This document shows positions 51,481-63,580 of a stretch of 64,000 nucleotides of DNA, piece by piece. The position numbers and the translations under genes are program-made. Positions within the stretch are counted from its first letter, which is position 1. Each line of letters opens with the position of its first letter. The stretch is from Mobula hypostoma (Eukaryota): NCBI RefSeq assembly GCF_963921235.1, contig NC_086097.1, forward strand, positions 87,794,001 to 87,858,000, given 5' to 3'. The notes below the pieces were generated by a model. That model ran no database searches and was not told where the DNA came from. It saw only the letters and a list, made by a program, of their open reading frames with translations.

Positions 51481-52833
51481 CAGGTTTCCCCCGCCATCCG
51501 AAGGTAGAGTGTTCCTGTGAAACGGTTCGTAAGCCAGAATGTTGTAAAGCAAAGAAGCAATTACCATTTATTTATATGGGAAAAATTTGTGAGCGTTTGC
51601 AGACGCAGAAATAACCTATCAAATCATGTCAAATAACACATAAAACCTAAAATAACAGTAACATTTAGTAAAAGCAGGAATGATATGATAAATACACAAC
51701 CTTTATAAAGTAGAAATACTTTTCCACAATCATTGCCTGCACTGTCCACTGTAGCGAAAATCTCACGCAAATGCTCTCGGCAGAAAATCTCATGCAAGCA
51801 CTGTTGGCAGAAACACTCTCTCCAGTAACCTTTAAGCTATGAAGCTGCCAGATCGTACCAAATAACACATAAAAATACACAGCCTATATAAAGTAGAAAT
51901 AATGTATGTACAGTGTAGTATCACTTACGGGAATCGGGAAGACAGCTTGCCGAGCACACTGATGATGGTGTGTTAGGCTGAATCATTGGAGGTTGGGATG
52001 GTGCAGTGGCCCCCACCCTCCGGGCAGCGACCCGATACCGATCCGCAAAGCATGCAGGGGTACAGCAGTAGCCGGGACACACCCAGCACATCTTTAAGAA
52101 AAAAGCTGAAATAAACAAGCTAATTAATTAGTTGCCGCCCGGCACCTAATTAATTAGCATGTTTATTTTGGCTTTTTTCTTAAAGATGTGCTGGACGTCT
52201 CCTGGCTACTGCTGCATTCTCCGCGAATCGGTATCTGGCCACGGCCTGGGAGTTGGGGTGGTGGGACACTGGGGTGTCATCTCATCGTTGTCTGTTTCCA
52301 TTAGGGTAGGCAGGTCATCTTCTTCTATGTCTGCCTGCCTCAATGTCACTTTCGGTCTGTTCGCTACTGCCTTCAGTTTCGATTGTTATCCTTTCCTCTT
52401 CCAACTGCATCAGCTCTTCATTTATCAGTTCTTGGTCATGGGATGCCAAAACCTCTTCAACATCATCTTCGTCAACTTCCACAAGCCAAACTCACTTTGT
52501 CCTTACTTCGTTCACCACAATCAAAACGCTTAATTATGTCTAGTTTTACATTATGTGTAACACCCTTACGGGCTCTTTTAGGCTTTTCCAATAACTTAGA
52601 ACTCATCTTGCTAATGGCTGCTCACAGGCACGTGTTTAATCAATGCCGGTTAGAATGCAGTTCCGAATCCGGGGGAGAGCGGCTGTTTGGGGCATGCGCT
52701 GATTTTTTTTTGCGCGCTGCCTTTTTTCGTAACAGTGAAAACACCTTCTGTTAGCGAAAACAGGGAACTATTGTAGGTCTTTCATAACAGTGAGGTTTCA
52801 TAAAGCAAACATTCGAAAAGTGGGGGACACCTG
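51481..52833 (-). mobile_element. Internally deleted Tigger carrying an embedded hAT MITE (about 52004-52270)
   Basis: TA-CAGGTTTCCCCC...GGGGACACCTG-TA; transposase remnants colinear with 43400-43870 and 45090-45180. Confidence 0.9.
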
Positions 52834-52864
52834 TATTGTGTTTTTATAATTATTTTGTTTTTTA

Positions 52865-53887
52865 TCCAGAGCAATAATTATTTGGTCTACCTGACTGGCA
52901 GACTGCAGTTTGTGCAGCTTCAGAGCTGTGTGTCAGACATGGCTATAAGCAGCACTGGGGCCCCACAGGGGACTGTATTGGCTCCCTTCCTGTTTACCCT
53001 GTATACCTCAGGCTTTAGATACAAGACTGAATCATGTGATCTGCAAAAATTCTCTGATGACTCAGCTACAGTTGGGTGTATATGGTGAGGACAGGAGGAT
53101 GAATACAGGGCCCTGGTGGAGGACTTTATCAAATGGTGCAAGCTGAATCATCTGCAGCTCAACATCAGTGAGACAAGGGGAGACAGTGATGGACTTCAGG
53201 AAAACTAAGCCTGCACTGCTCCCTGTTACTATTGATGGTGAGGACCTACAAGTACCTAGGTGTGCACCTGGGTGACAAATTTGAGTAGAGCACCAACACA
53301 GAGGCTGTGTACAGGAAGGGCCAGAGTCACCTCTATTTCCTGAGGAGACTGAGATCCTTTGGAGTATGCAGACCTCTCCTTCACATGTTCTACCAGTGTG
53401 TTGTTGCCAGTACAATCTTCGATCCAGGGCTGTGCTGGGGCAATGGCATCAACATGGGTGATGCCAACAGGCTCAATAAACTGATTAGAAAGGCTGGCTT
53501 AGTTATAGGAATCAAACGACACACTGGCGGCTGTGGTAGAACAAAGGACCCTATGGAAAATCCTGGCAATTCTGGACAATGTTTCTCACCCACTGTATGC
53601 CACCTTGGCTGAACAGAGGAGCACTTTTAGTAATAGACTAAGACAACTGTGCTGCTCCAAAGAGCGCTATCTGAGGCCATTCTTACCCTTGGCCATTAGG
53701 CTCTATAATGAGCCAACCTATAGGTGGGGAAGTGATGACCCGCTCCTGTTAGACTGTTTGAGGTAAGTTATTTGTTTTACTCTTTCTTACTTTTCTTCTA
53801 ATATTTGTATATCTGTGCACTTGTTATGCTACTGTGACACTGTAATCTCCTTTGGGATTAATAAAGTATCTACCTATCTTTCTATCT
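52865..53887 (+). mobile_element. 5'-truncated Rex1/Babar LINE related to 37112-38252, decayed
   Basis: STGAPQGTVLAPFLFTLYT...KFSDDSA; tail tttgggattaataaagtatctacctatc. Confidence 0.88.
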
Positions 53888-53889
53888 TA

Positions 53890-56150
53890 ATTGTTCGGTG
53901 CTAAGCATAAATCACAGGTCGGTACCATAACAGACAACACAATAGCAACCAACATTTTACAGGACAATAGTGCAAACAACCATAAGCAATCAACAATAGG
54001 CAGGATGTTCATATGCACAAACATCAATAATCAAAGTTAAATAAGTGTGAACATATGGGCACTTATCAACAGAACAAGGAAAGCAGGAAAGACCTTTTAA
54101 CTGATGTTGTGCAGGGACATTTGGGTATTACACTTATGTGAAATTTGTTGAGAAGCTGGACAGCTATAGGAAAGAAGTTTTGGAGATGATGTGTAGTCCT
54201 GCTGGTGGTGATGGACTTGTAGCATGTCCTTTTTGGCAATATGTTAAATAGCTGGTTGCTAGTCTGGGTGGAGTCAGTAGTAATTTTTTCAGCTCTTTCC
54301 TTCATGATGAATAGGCCTTTTAATATCAGTTGCTAACAACCAATGATCTTCAGGGATTGAACTACTCACTGCAACCTGGACTTTGAGAGGGAGGAAGCGC
54401 GGGAAACCAGACAGTGGTAGAGGAGGTCCTAACATTCTAAATGATGGTTGAGTAAAAATTCATCAGGATGTATCTTGAGATGTTGTTTTCTAAGCTGGCA
54501 TAGGAGGAACAATCTCTGCTGGGCTTTCCTAACGATGAGCAGGATATGCTTTTCCCACTTCAATGTATTGGTAATGGTAGTCTGCAGGAATTGGAATGAC
54601 TCGACCATAGACACTGCCTGATCATTAATTTCCAAGGGATGGGCAAGTAGGGAGTTGTCGGCAGAAGTCAATCCTCATTTCCATTAACTTGATAGGATGT
54701 GTTACAAGCACACCATGCTACAAGATGGTCTACCTCTCTTTGATAGCAGGTCACATCATTATTAGAGATAAGACCAACTACAGTCCTTTCATCTGCAAAC
54801 CTTAGGATTTTAATGGACATGCCTGTGAAGGTGCAGTCCTTTGTATAAAGTGAGTACATGGGTGAAAAAACACAGCCCCGTGGAGAGTCTGTTCTTACAG
54901 ATACTGGATTGGACAAGTAGGAGCCCAGCTTTACATACTGCTTCCTTCCTGTCAGGAAGTTTGTAATCCACTGACAGATACTGTAGGGTGCAGCTAGCTG
55001 GGTTAGCTTGCTGTTGAACAACTCTGGAACAATAGTGTTGAAGGTGGAGCTAAAATCCACAAGCAAGATCCTCAGATCGGTGTTGGGGGAATCCAAATGT
55101 TGAAGAATGTAATGAAAACCACAGGTTGACTGCATCCTCAACTGAGCGATTTGCTCTATAAGCAAATTGTAGTGGGTCAAGAAAAGGATCAGTAATCGGT
55201 AAAGTTAAGCCAACATTGGACTTTCAAAAGTTTTCATAATTACTGAAGTCAGAGTGACTGGCCTATAATCATTAAGTCCAGTGATCTTGTCTTTCTTGAG
55301 AGCTGGAATGATTGTAGCAACTTTGAAGCATCTTGGAGTCCTCCATAAATGCAGGTGTTAAGTATCTTAGTGAAGACAGGTACTAGCCGATCCGCACAAT
55401 GCTTTAGAGTACCAAGTGAGACATCATCAGGGCCTGCAGCTTTCCGAATGCCCTCTTTCCCAAATAGTTTGCAAATGCCTTTCTTGCTTCATGGAAAATA
55501 TAGCATGAGGTAGAGGGGCCGCTGAAGAAGGTGCATGGGACTGGGGTGAAAGGAGGATGATGGTGGCATTGAAGAGGTTGTGAAAGGGAGGAGGGGAGGG
55601 CTGATGACAAAGATGACAGGGGGCAGGGGGCCAGCTAAGGGCTCAACATATAAGGATCAGGGGAAGTGAAAAGTGATAGATGTTTATTGTCTTTATCAAC
55701 TCTGCAATAAAACTACTTGAACTGATGGGCCAAGCTAGGGGAGCTCTTCTGTTTGAAGTTGGTAAGACTTTTCAGGGAACTCCAGGTTGCCTGGCTATTG
55801 TTGTTGAAGTCTCTTTCTAGCTGATCCTTGTAAATGGCATCTGCCACCTTCAGAGCCTTATTAAACTGTCATTTTGCATTTTTTATTCCTCTCTTGTTCC
55901 AGACCTGTAGGCATGATCTGTTGCAAATCTAAGAGTCCTCAACTCCTTGGTGAGCCATGGCTTGTCATTGTTATATCTCACAATGATCTTTTTAGGAAGC
56001 ACACATATTACAGAAGGATATGTTGGATGTTACTGTCTGAGCATATTCATCTACACTGCTACACCAGCCTTATGTGGCCTTCCAATCCAAGGAGCCTAAA
56101 TGGTCTCTCAGCCTTCCAACAGCCTCAGGAGTCCAATACCATCTGATGGT
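53890..56150 (-). mobile_element. Decayed Rex1/Babar-type LINE
   Basis: ILQHLDSPNTDLRILLVDFSSTFNTI, RKAQQRLFLLCQL. Confidence 0.82.
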
Positions 56151-56166
56151 CCTGGTTGGCTTAGAC

Positions 56167-56439
56167 CAGTGGTCCCCAACCTCCGGGCCGCAGACCAATA
56201 CCGATCCGCAAAGCATGCAGGGTTGCAGTGGTAGCCAGAACGCACCCAGCACATCTTTAAGAAAAAAGCCAAAATAAACAAGCTAATTAATTAGGTGCCG
56301 CCCGGCAATCGCCTGTGATCTGGGCTGACATTTATGTGCCGAGCGGCACCTAATTAATTAGCTTGTTTATTTCGTTTTTTTTCTTAAAGATGTGCTGGGT
56401 GCATCCTGGCTACTGCTGCCCGGAGGTTGGGGACCACTG
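56167..56439. mobile_element. Palindromic hAT (Buster/Charlie-type) MITE
   Basis: Perfect 22-bp TIR CAGTGGTCCCCAACCTCCGGGC; perfect TSD GCTTAGAC (56159-56166, 56440-56447); long internal inverted repeat. Confidence 0.93.
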
Positions 56440-56799
56440 GCTTAGACCAAGGGTTCCCAACCTTTTATATCCCTAGCCAATTGCTCCCTGGTTTAGACTG
56501 AAGCTTTGTTGTTTGCTTTTAATCCCCAAGGAAATCATGTTGTTGGTAATAGATTTATTTTATTGCCTTTTCCAACCGCATCACTCCCACAGACAGCATC
56601 AGAGGTCAGGAGCTAGCAGGTAATGAGTAATTCAGTTGAGGGAGGTGATATGCAGATGGGTGCAAATGATGTCAGAGACTGAAAGGTGATGGGCGGAAGT
56701 GACAAGTGGCTGAAGATGGTGAAGCTGCCTACCTGCTGCACCATTGTGTCATTCCTTTTAATATCAAGTTCAAAGAGTAGATTTGAGCACCATGTGTGT

Positions 56800-57840
56800 G
56801 TTAAATATAGGGGGAAATAATATCCACTGAGTCTGTATGGGAGAACTCAAAAATATGAAACGTACAGTTACTCTGATAGGATTATTCGATGGACCCCCAA
56901 AAGCCACTGGGACATTGAGGGAGACAGGTTAGGGAAAGACTTGGAAACAACAGGGCAGTTGTAGTGAGTGACTTCAACTTCCCCAATATAGTCTAGGACT
57001 TCCTTAGTGCAAGAGAGTTAGATGGGGAAGAATATATGACGAGCATCCATGTAGGTTTCTTAAATCAATATATAGATAGTCCCAACAAGCAGAGAGACTA
57101 TACTGGAACTGGTATTGGATAATGAGTTTGGCCAGCTATTGACCTTTCAGTAGATGAACATCTAGGGAACAGAGACTGCAAATCCTTATTTTTTAAGGTA
57201 GGTATAGATATGGATAAATACAGACCTTGAGGGAGAGTATTTAATTGGAGCATAGCAAATTATAAAAATATTAGTCAGGAATCAGGCTGAGGGGTGAGTT
57301 AATTAGGAACAGCTGTTTTCAGGCAAGTCCACATCCGACATATGGAGAATGTTTAAAGACTAACTGTACAGGGTATAGGACAGGTATGTTCCAGTAAGGA
57401 GAAAGGACAAGAAGGACAAGGATGGCAAGGTATGGAACTTGGATGTCGAGAGATGGTGAATTTAGTCAAAAAGAAAGAGGAAGCATATGCAAAATCAAAC
57501 AGAGACCTTGACAATTATAGAGAAGCCAGAAAAGTACTCAGGTAAGGAATGAGGAGTGGTGGGAGCGTGGGGGCTAAGAAAAGTCATTGGCAAATGGGAC
57601 TAAAGAGAAACCCAAGGGATTCTTTACATACATTAAGAGCAAGAGGATAACTAGGAAGCAGGTAGGACCCCTCATGGATAGGGAAGGAACATGTGCATGG
57701 AGGAGATAGAGGATGTGAGTAAGGTCCAAAATGAGCACTTGAATTAGTATTTACTAAGGAGAAGGACATGGAGGAACAGGAAGATCAGTGTGAAGCATGC
57801 TAATTTACTTTGACATTTTGAGATAAAGGAGGAGGTAGTG
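56800..57840 (+). mobile_element. Decayed CR1 ORF2 fragment (endonuclease end and linker)
   Basis: gtagtgagtgacttcaacttcccc (VVSDFNFP), FLNQYIDSP, aaagagaaacccaagggattctttacatacatt (KENPK.F..YI-like). Confidence 0.75.
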
Positions 57841-58187
57841 TTTGGTCACAATTCTGGTACTCTGGTTATGTTCTCAATGGGTGCTCTCTGTCAGAAACTT
57901 GCAAGTTTACAACATGTTTCTTCTGTTTCCTTTTGCATCCCAAAGAGATGCTTCTCAAAACATTCTTTTGCCAATTTAGTGTTAATGAACAGTAGGAGAA
58001 TCAGATGGAAGTCTTTTGGCAAGTGAGAGAGAATAGTAAGTTGTGTAATGAATTTTCTTTGGTCTGGAAGCCAGCATAGATTGGACTGAATGGCTACCTC
58101 CCTAATCCATTGCACTTCTTAAATGGGTCATAAATTATTGCAGGCTATTTGCAGGATTATTTCTTCTGGCTAATTAGGTTTTTTTTA

Positions 58188-58385
58188 AAACGCAAACAAC
58201 AGGAATTCTGCAGATGCTGGAAATTCAAGCAACACACATAAAAGTTGCTGGTGAACGCAGCAGGCCAGGCAGCATCTCTAGGAAGAGGTGCAGTCGACGT
58301 TTCAGGCCGAGACCCTTCGTCAGGGTCCTTCGCCAGAGATGCTGCCTGGCCTGCTGCGTTCACCAGCAACTTTTATGTGTGTTGC
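58188..58385. mobile_element. Penelope-tail insertion with fold-back structure and a minus-strand hammerhead core
   Basis: 13-bp TSD TAGGTTTTTTTTA (58175-58187, 58386-58398); perfect 52-bp inverted repeat 58228-58279 / 58335-58386. Confidence 0.9.
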
Positions 58386-60149
58386 TAGGTTTTTTTTACT
58401 TAGGTGGTTTAAAACTTTAGTCATCAGCGAGTGATCTGTCTGATGCTCGGGTAGGGTTTTGATGGTTTGTTAAAAAGCTTGTGCTGAAACATTGATTACA
58501 GACATGGTTGACTTAGAGGGTGTTTCTCTTGATATTGAGCATTACTGGGAAAACACAAGAGCCTATGCATATTTGCTATTTGGAAGAAACCGAAGAAGGA
58601 GGACGAATGGACTGTCAGAGCTGTATTTACCAAGGGAATTTAGGAAACAATTTTCAGCAGGGGATTAAATGCTTGAGGACAGAATCTGTTTTTGTGTGAT
58701 TTACCCCCACTGATTGTCATCATGATACACCTCCCCCTTTTAATGGATACAGTTTGTTTTGAAGTGCCTCCAACATCCTGAGACATCAGACTCCCTGTTG
58801 ATGCATGCAGACGAAAAAAGTGCGAGTATTGCTGGATTTGGGAAACTAATAGCAGGCGGTCAGTTATGGAGCTCGAGACACAGATGCAAATTAAAATTGC
58901 ACAATTTCCTTTCCCATTTTCTGATGTCAGACAATTTTTCCTTAAAGATTTGTCTCAATGCTACCTAACTTTATTTATATATTGCATGTACAATCAGTCA
59001 GTCTGTGGTTATTGATTTGTATTTTTAACACATTTTATAATTTTCCAGGTGGTGTGTTTTTATTAATTGTTTAATGACTAGGAGAAGCTTCCTGTCTAAA
59101 GATTAAGCTGGAATTAATTACAGGTTTATACATAACAGCAGTAAAATATTAATTCATAGAGATTTGAATACCAGTTATAACATCAATTCAAAAAAGAAAT
59201 TAAATGCTTTGAGAGCTTTTTATTTGGCAAACCATTGTTTCCATTAAGTCAGTGTTCTCATTCTTTCTCTCTCTTTGCTTTCATCCATTTCCTTTATTCT
59301 TGTTTCCAAGTTGAGATCTAATTATCGGTTTGATTACTTCGTCATAATTTGAGAGTTTTAGTGGAAGCTATTTAGTTTGAATAAATATTTGTTTTACTCT
59401 TTGTTAATTTTGTCTACATTTTGAACAGCAACTTCTAAATATAGTAGTAGTCTTGCTGGAGAAAAGTCTGAATGTTTTGCATGAATAAAGCAAATAAAAG
59501 ACTGATTCATTAATTGTTGTACCTCATAAAAGCAGGAATCCTTTTTGACCAACTGGGGTTCATAGATGCACGCTTGAGTTAAATGCCTCCAATTTAACTC
59601 CTCCCGTGTTCTGACAGGCTTCTCAACATTCTATAAACTTAAAATATTTTAAGACCATCTGATAGCCTGTACCATCCCACATATCTATCATCATGTCATA
59701 TTTAATAAATGTTGCCGCCTAGTTAACAAATATCTGTGATATGAAATTCTCATTCTTGTGTGTAATGCTTTCATTTTTCTCATCCCTCCATTTGTCTGTT
59801 ACTTGTCTGTCTTCTGCATGTACGCTCCAAAAGTCCCTATGCCTCACAGTCAGTCAAATCCACAAGCTCTCGAACTCCTAAACTGAACATTGCCATTCTT
59901 CCACTTCTTTAAGGCCTGACTCTCTCAACCAAGCTTTTTCTCGTCACTGTTTTTGGCTTTGGTTTAGTCTGAATAGTTATCTAATTGTGCCTCTGTAAAT
60001 AGTTTGCAGTAGTTTTGAAGTTATTGTCTTAAATGTGCAAAATTAATGAAAAGTCATTGTTGATCTGACATTTCAAAACAATATGTTAAAGGCTGTGAAT
60101 AGGATGATGCTTTATATAATTCAAGACTAAGGATTATCTTGATCAGATT

Positions 60150-60855
60150 GTTACAAGTTTATTGTCTTGAGCATAGGGTATAAATGCCATGAAAATTTTG
60201 TAGCTCTGTACATTACATATATGACAAATATAAATTGCACATAATGCACAACAAAATAAACATAACAGCATTAGTGTAAATTGAAGAAAGTATTGTCCAA
60301 GATAAAATTAAGCTTTTCTCAAGTCGGTGGAAGAACCTCATGGCAGTGGGGCAGAAACTGTTGTTGAACCTTGAGGTGTGGGTCTTCGGGCTCCTGATGG
60401 CAGCATCACAGAGGACGTGGCCCAGGTCATGAAGGTCCTTCCTGAGTATCACCTCGTGTAGATGTCCGCAGGGGTGAGGAGAGCTGTACCCATGAATTAC
60501 TGGCTGAGTGGACTTCTCTCTGTAACCTCTTGTGCTCCGGTGCATTGGAGTTCCAATAGAGGGCCTTGATGCAACTGGTCAGAATGCTTTCCACTGTACA
60601 TCTGTATAACTTTGTCAATCTTTGATGACATGCCAAATCTCCTTAAACTTCCCCAGAGCTGTCACCATGCACAAATGTCTGCTCTCAGATAAGCTGCCAT
60701 TTCCTTCCATTGACCATCGATGAGGCCCAGCCCTTAGATTCATGCCTTCATGGTTGGACCCAGGATCGTTCCTCCAAGATGCTGATGCCCAGGAATTTGA
60801 AGCTCCTTTCCTTTAATGAGGACTGGTACTAGTTCACTTGACCTTCCCTTCCTAA
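60150..60855 (-). mobile_element. Decayed Rex1/Babar 3' fragment
   Basis: LYRCTVESILTSCIKALYWNS; KTHTSRFNNSFCPTAMR. Confidence 0.8.
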
Positions 60856-60939
60856 TCTACATAACATGTTACTAAACACAGGATCAAATATTCTAAGGAC
60901 TGAGACAGCCAGGGTTGTGTGATGCAGCAGTTAACAGTC

Positions 60940-61172
60940 CCATTTCCAGTAGTCCCATTTTCCCTCTTATTTTCCTGAAACCTGTTTCTCTTGTATATCT
61001 ATCAACCAAAGCCTGATCCTCCTGCCACCCATAGTGGCCATTTAAACAATCAGCACATCATTGGTACGTTGGTAGAAAGCAGAGTGGTAACAGGTCGTGC
61101 CCAATGTCAGAATCAAACTTGGGTCACCGGAGCTGTGTGGGAGCACAATTAACTGCTGCGTCACACAGCCCT
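60940..61172 (-). mobile_element. Decayed V-SINE-like fragment
   Basis: Reverse reads gtgacgcagcagttaattgtgctcccacacagctccggtgacccaagtttgattctgac (tRNA-like head, similar to the copy at 62072). Confidence 0.55.
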
Positions 61173-61408
61173 GGCTGTCTCTGTCTTTAGAATACTTGAA
61201 CCTGTGTTTAGTCACCTCTCCCAGCTTCTCTTGTTTGCTTCCTAACATCAGTTCCAGTATATGTTACTGCAAAATACCTGTAAAAGTGCAATCTGTGTGC
61301 TGACACTGGAGATTATAACTACGTTTGTATTTGTACACGTAGACTTGCATACTGTATAAAGCATTGTATTTTCTAACCAGTCGTAACATTGATCTTTTCC
61401 TCTTTCAG

Positions 61409-61683
61409 GTGACCACAAAGGGGTGTGAGACAGTTGAGATGACATTACGGAGAAATGCTCTGGGCCAGCTTGGTTTTCATGTCAACTATGAAGGGATCGT
61501 GGCAGATGTTGAACCTTACGGCTACGCTTGGCAAGCAGGACTGCGGCAGGGGAGCAGACTAGTGGAGATCTGTAAAGTTGCTGTGGCTACTCTAACCCAT
61601 GAACAAATGATTGATCTGTTGCGAACATCTGTAACTGTTAAAGTTATCATCATTCCACCCCATGAAGATAGCACTCCTCGCAG
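61409..61683 (+). CDS. SIPA1L1: SIPA1L1 internal exon G (PDZ domain)
   Basis: ctctttcAG / GTatag; 275 nt, phase 0-2. [91 protein letters not shown]. Confidence 0.95.
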
Positions 61684-62069
61684 GTATAGTTTGTGAATTC
61701 TCTGCCATTCTAATCTGTCTGATCACAGTACTCTGTGGATTGTAGCTAGTCGGCAGCTGCTCATTCAGTGTGATGGATACTCTGTGATAAGATCTGATTC
61801 ACTCACTTTTGTAATTAAGAATAAGTTACTGCAGCAAGTTAAGTAGTGGAAAAGGGAACAGAGTTCAGACATTGCAGGAGTATTTGAAGATCAATTATTT
61901 TTGGATTCCAATTATAATTACAGTCTATTAATCAAACTGCACTTCAATGGCACTGAGAAATATCTTGTGAGATCTTTTATATGCTGATTGTGACCATGTT
62001 AATATGTTGCTTCAAATCTTTACATAACATGATTTTGTCTAGTTCTGAATCTTGATGAGATGGATTTAG

Positions 62070-62340
62070 GTTGGCACAGTGGACCTTCTGGTATAGCTGC
62101 TGCCTAACATTTCCGGTGACGCAGGTTCAATCCTGATCTCCAGTGTGGAATTTACACGTTCTCCCTGTAGGTTAATTGTTCATTATAAATTGCCCTCACT
62201 TTAGGGGTGAGTGACAGAACCTGTGAATAGTTGAGGGGAATATGGGGAGAACAAAGTGGGGATTAGTCCAAATGGGTGCTTGATGTTTGATGTGGACTTT
62301 GTGAACCAAAGGGTTTGTTTCTGTGCTGAATGGCTGTAAA
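62070..62340 (+). mobile_element. V-SINE (HE1-like), decayed
   Basis: ggcacagtgg...gctgctgcctaac...caggttcaatcctg (B-box)...cacgttctccctg. Confidence 0.65.
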
Positions 62341-63079
62341 TCCATTTTTAAGGTTCCTGAGATTGTTGTTCATTTTGCCACAGTAGAGACATTTCTTTTA
62401 GCCATTAATGATTGTTTTCGGCTTTCAGAAGTCCTTCAGGTTGGATATAAGGATCGCATATGAGAGTATGTGCGACAAGTATAGATGAGTACGTGATAGT
62501 TAGAATTAATGCGGTGTTTTTATGCTGTATGACTCTATCACATAATTGCTGATGGCTTGGAAACAACTGAGGTCTGCTCACCTTTGACTTAATCCATTAG
62601 TGAAAGCATGTCACCTACATCAGTCGGATAATCTGCCCACATCTGAAGAGATGACTAATTAGGCTGTCTTCTCTGGATGAGCAACTCGCACATTGTGCTA
62701 CTTTCTGGTTTACAAGGGTACAGAGAACTGTAATGTTTCAAACGGGGGACTCTCCCACAGACACCCTCTGCAGAAATACTCCCTAATGCTTAAGCTATAG
62801 TTAGTTCAGCTTGCTTGCCAAAGGAATACTTTTGTTCACTCAGAACTCATGCAAACTATAGTATCTAAAATCAGCAATCATTTTCAAATGCCTCAATTCT
62901 GTGTCCCTGGGATCACTACAGCTGAATTACAATGAGTGGGAAATCTCATGTTTACTGTGCCATTTTCAGGAAGGGCCCAGTTTGTGATTTGTGTCTTAAA
63001 ATTACAAATGCCTTTTCAGATAAAATAAAATTATGTGCAGACTTCAGAACCAATATCAAAATAACATTTTAAAGGGGAT

Positions 63080-63580
63080 GAATGAGCACTGAGACCTTAA
63101 ATGTTTATGAAAACTTTTATAATGGTAGGTCAAATTGATATGCCTAGTTCTTTTTAGAAAAAAAGTATACATTTTACAAACGGGTGTAGAGCAAACAAAA
63201 AGCAGCCATCCAAACTAATGCTTACATTTCTGAATGAGAACTGTGTTCAATTGTATGAACTACCCTTTATGAATAATGTTAAGGCCTTGAAAGGATGTCA
63301 TGAGAATTCCAAGAATGTTATCGGAATGAGGGGGTCCAGTCCTCTGCAATATCTGACATTACTCTCCTTTAAGCAAAGAAGTTGAAGAGAAGACTTATTG
63401 AAATGTTCAAAATCAAGGTGCTATGATAGAGTGGAAAATTTGTCTTTTAGCACAGGAGTTAATCAAAAAAGCTCAGATTTAATGTAATAGCCAAAAACTA
63501 AAAGGTAGAATGAGATTTTGCTTTGTACAAACACACTGAAAGGCTAATGGAAGCAAATTCAGTAACAGTTTTGGAAGGTC
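63080..63580 (+). mobile_element. Very old CR1 3' fragment
   Basis: ggccttgaaaggatgtcatgagaattccaagaatg, agagaagacttattgaaatgttcaaaat resemble the CR1 C-terminus at 490-640. Confidence 0.5.
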
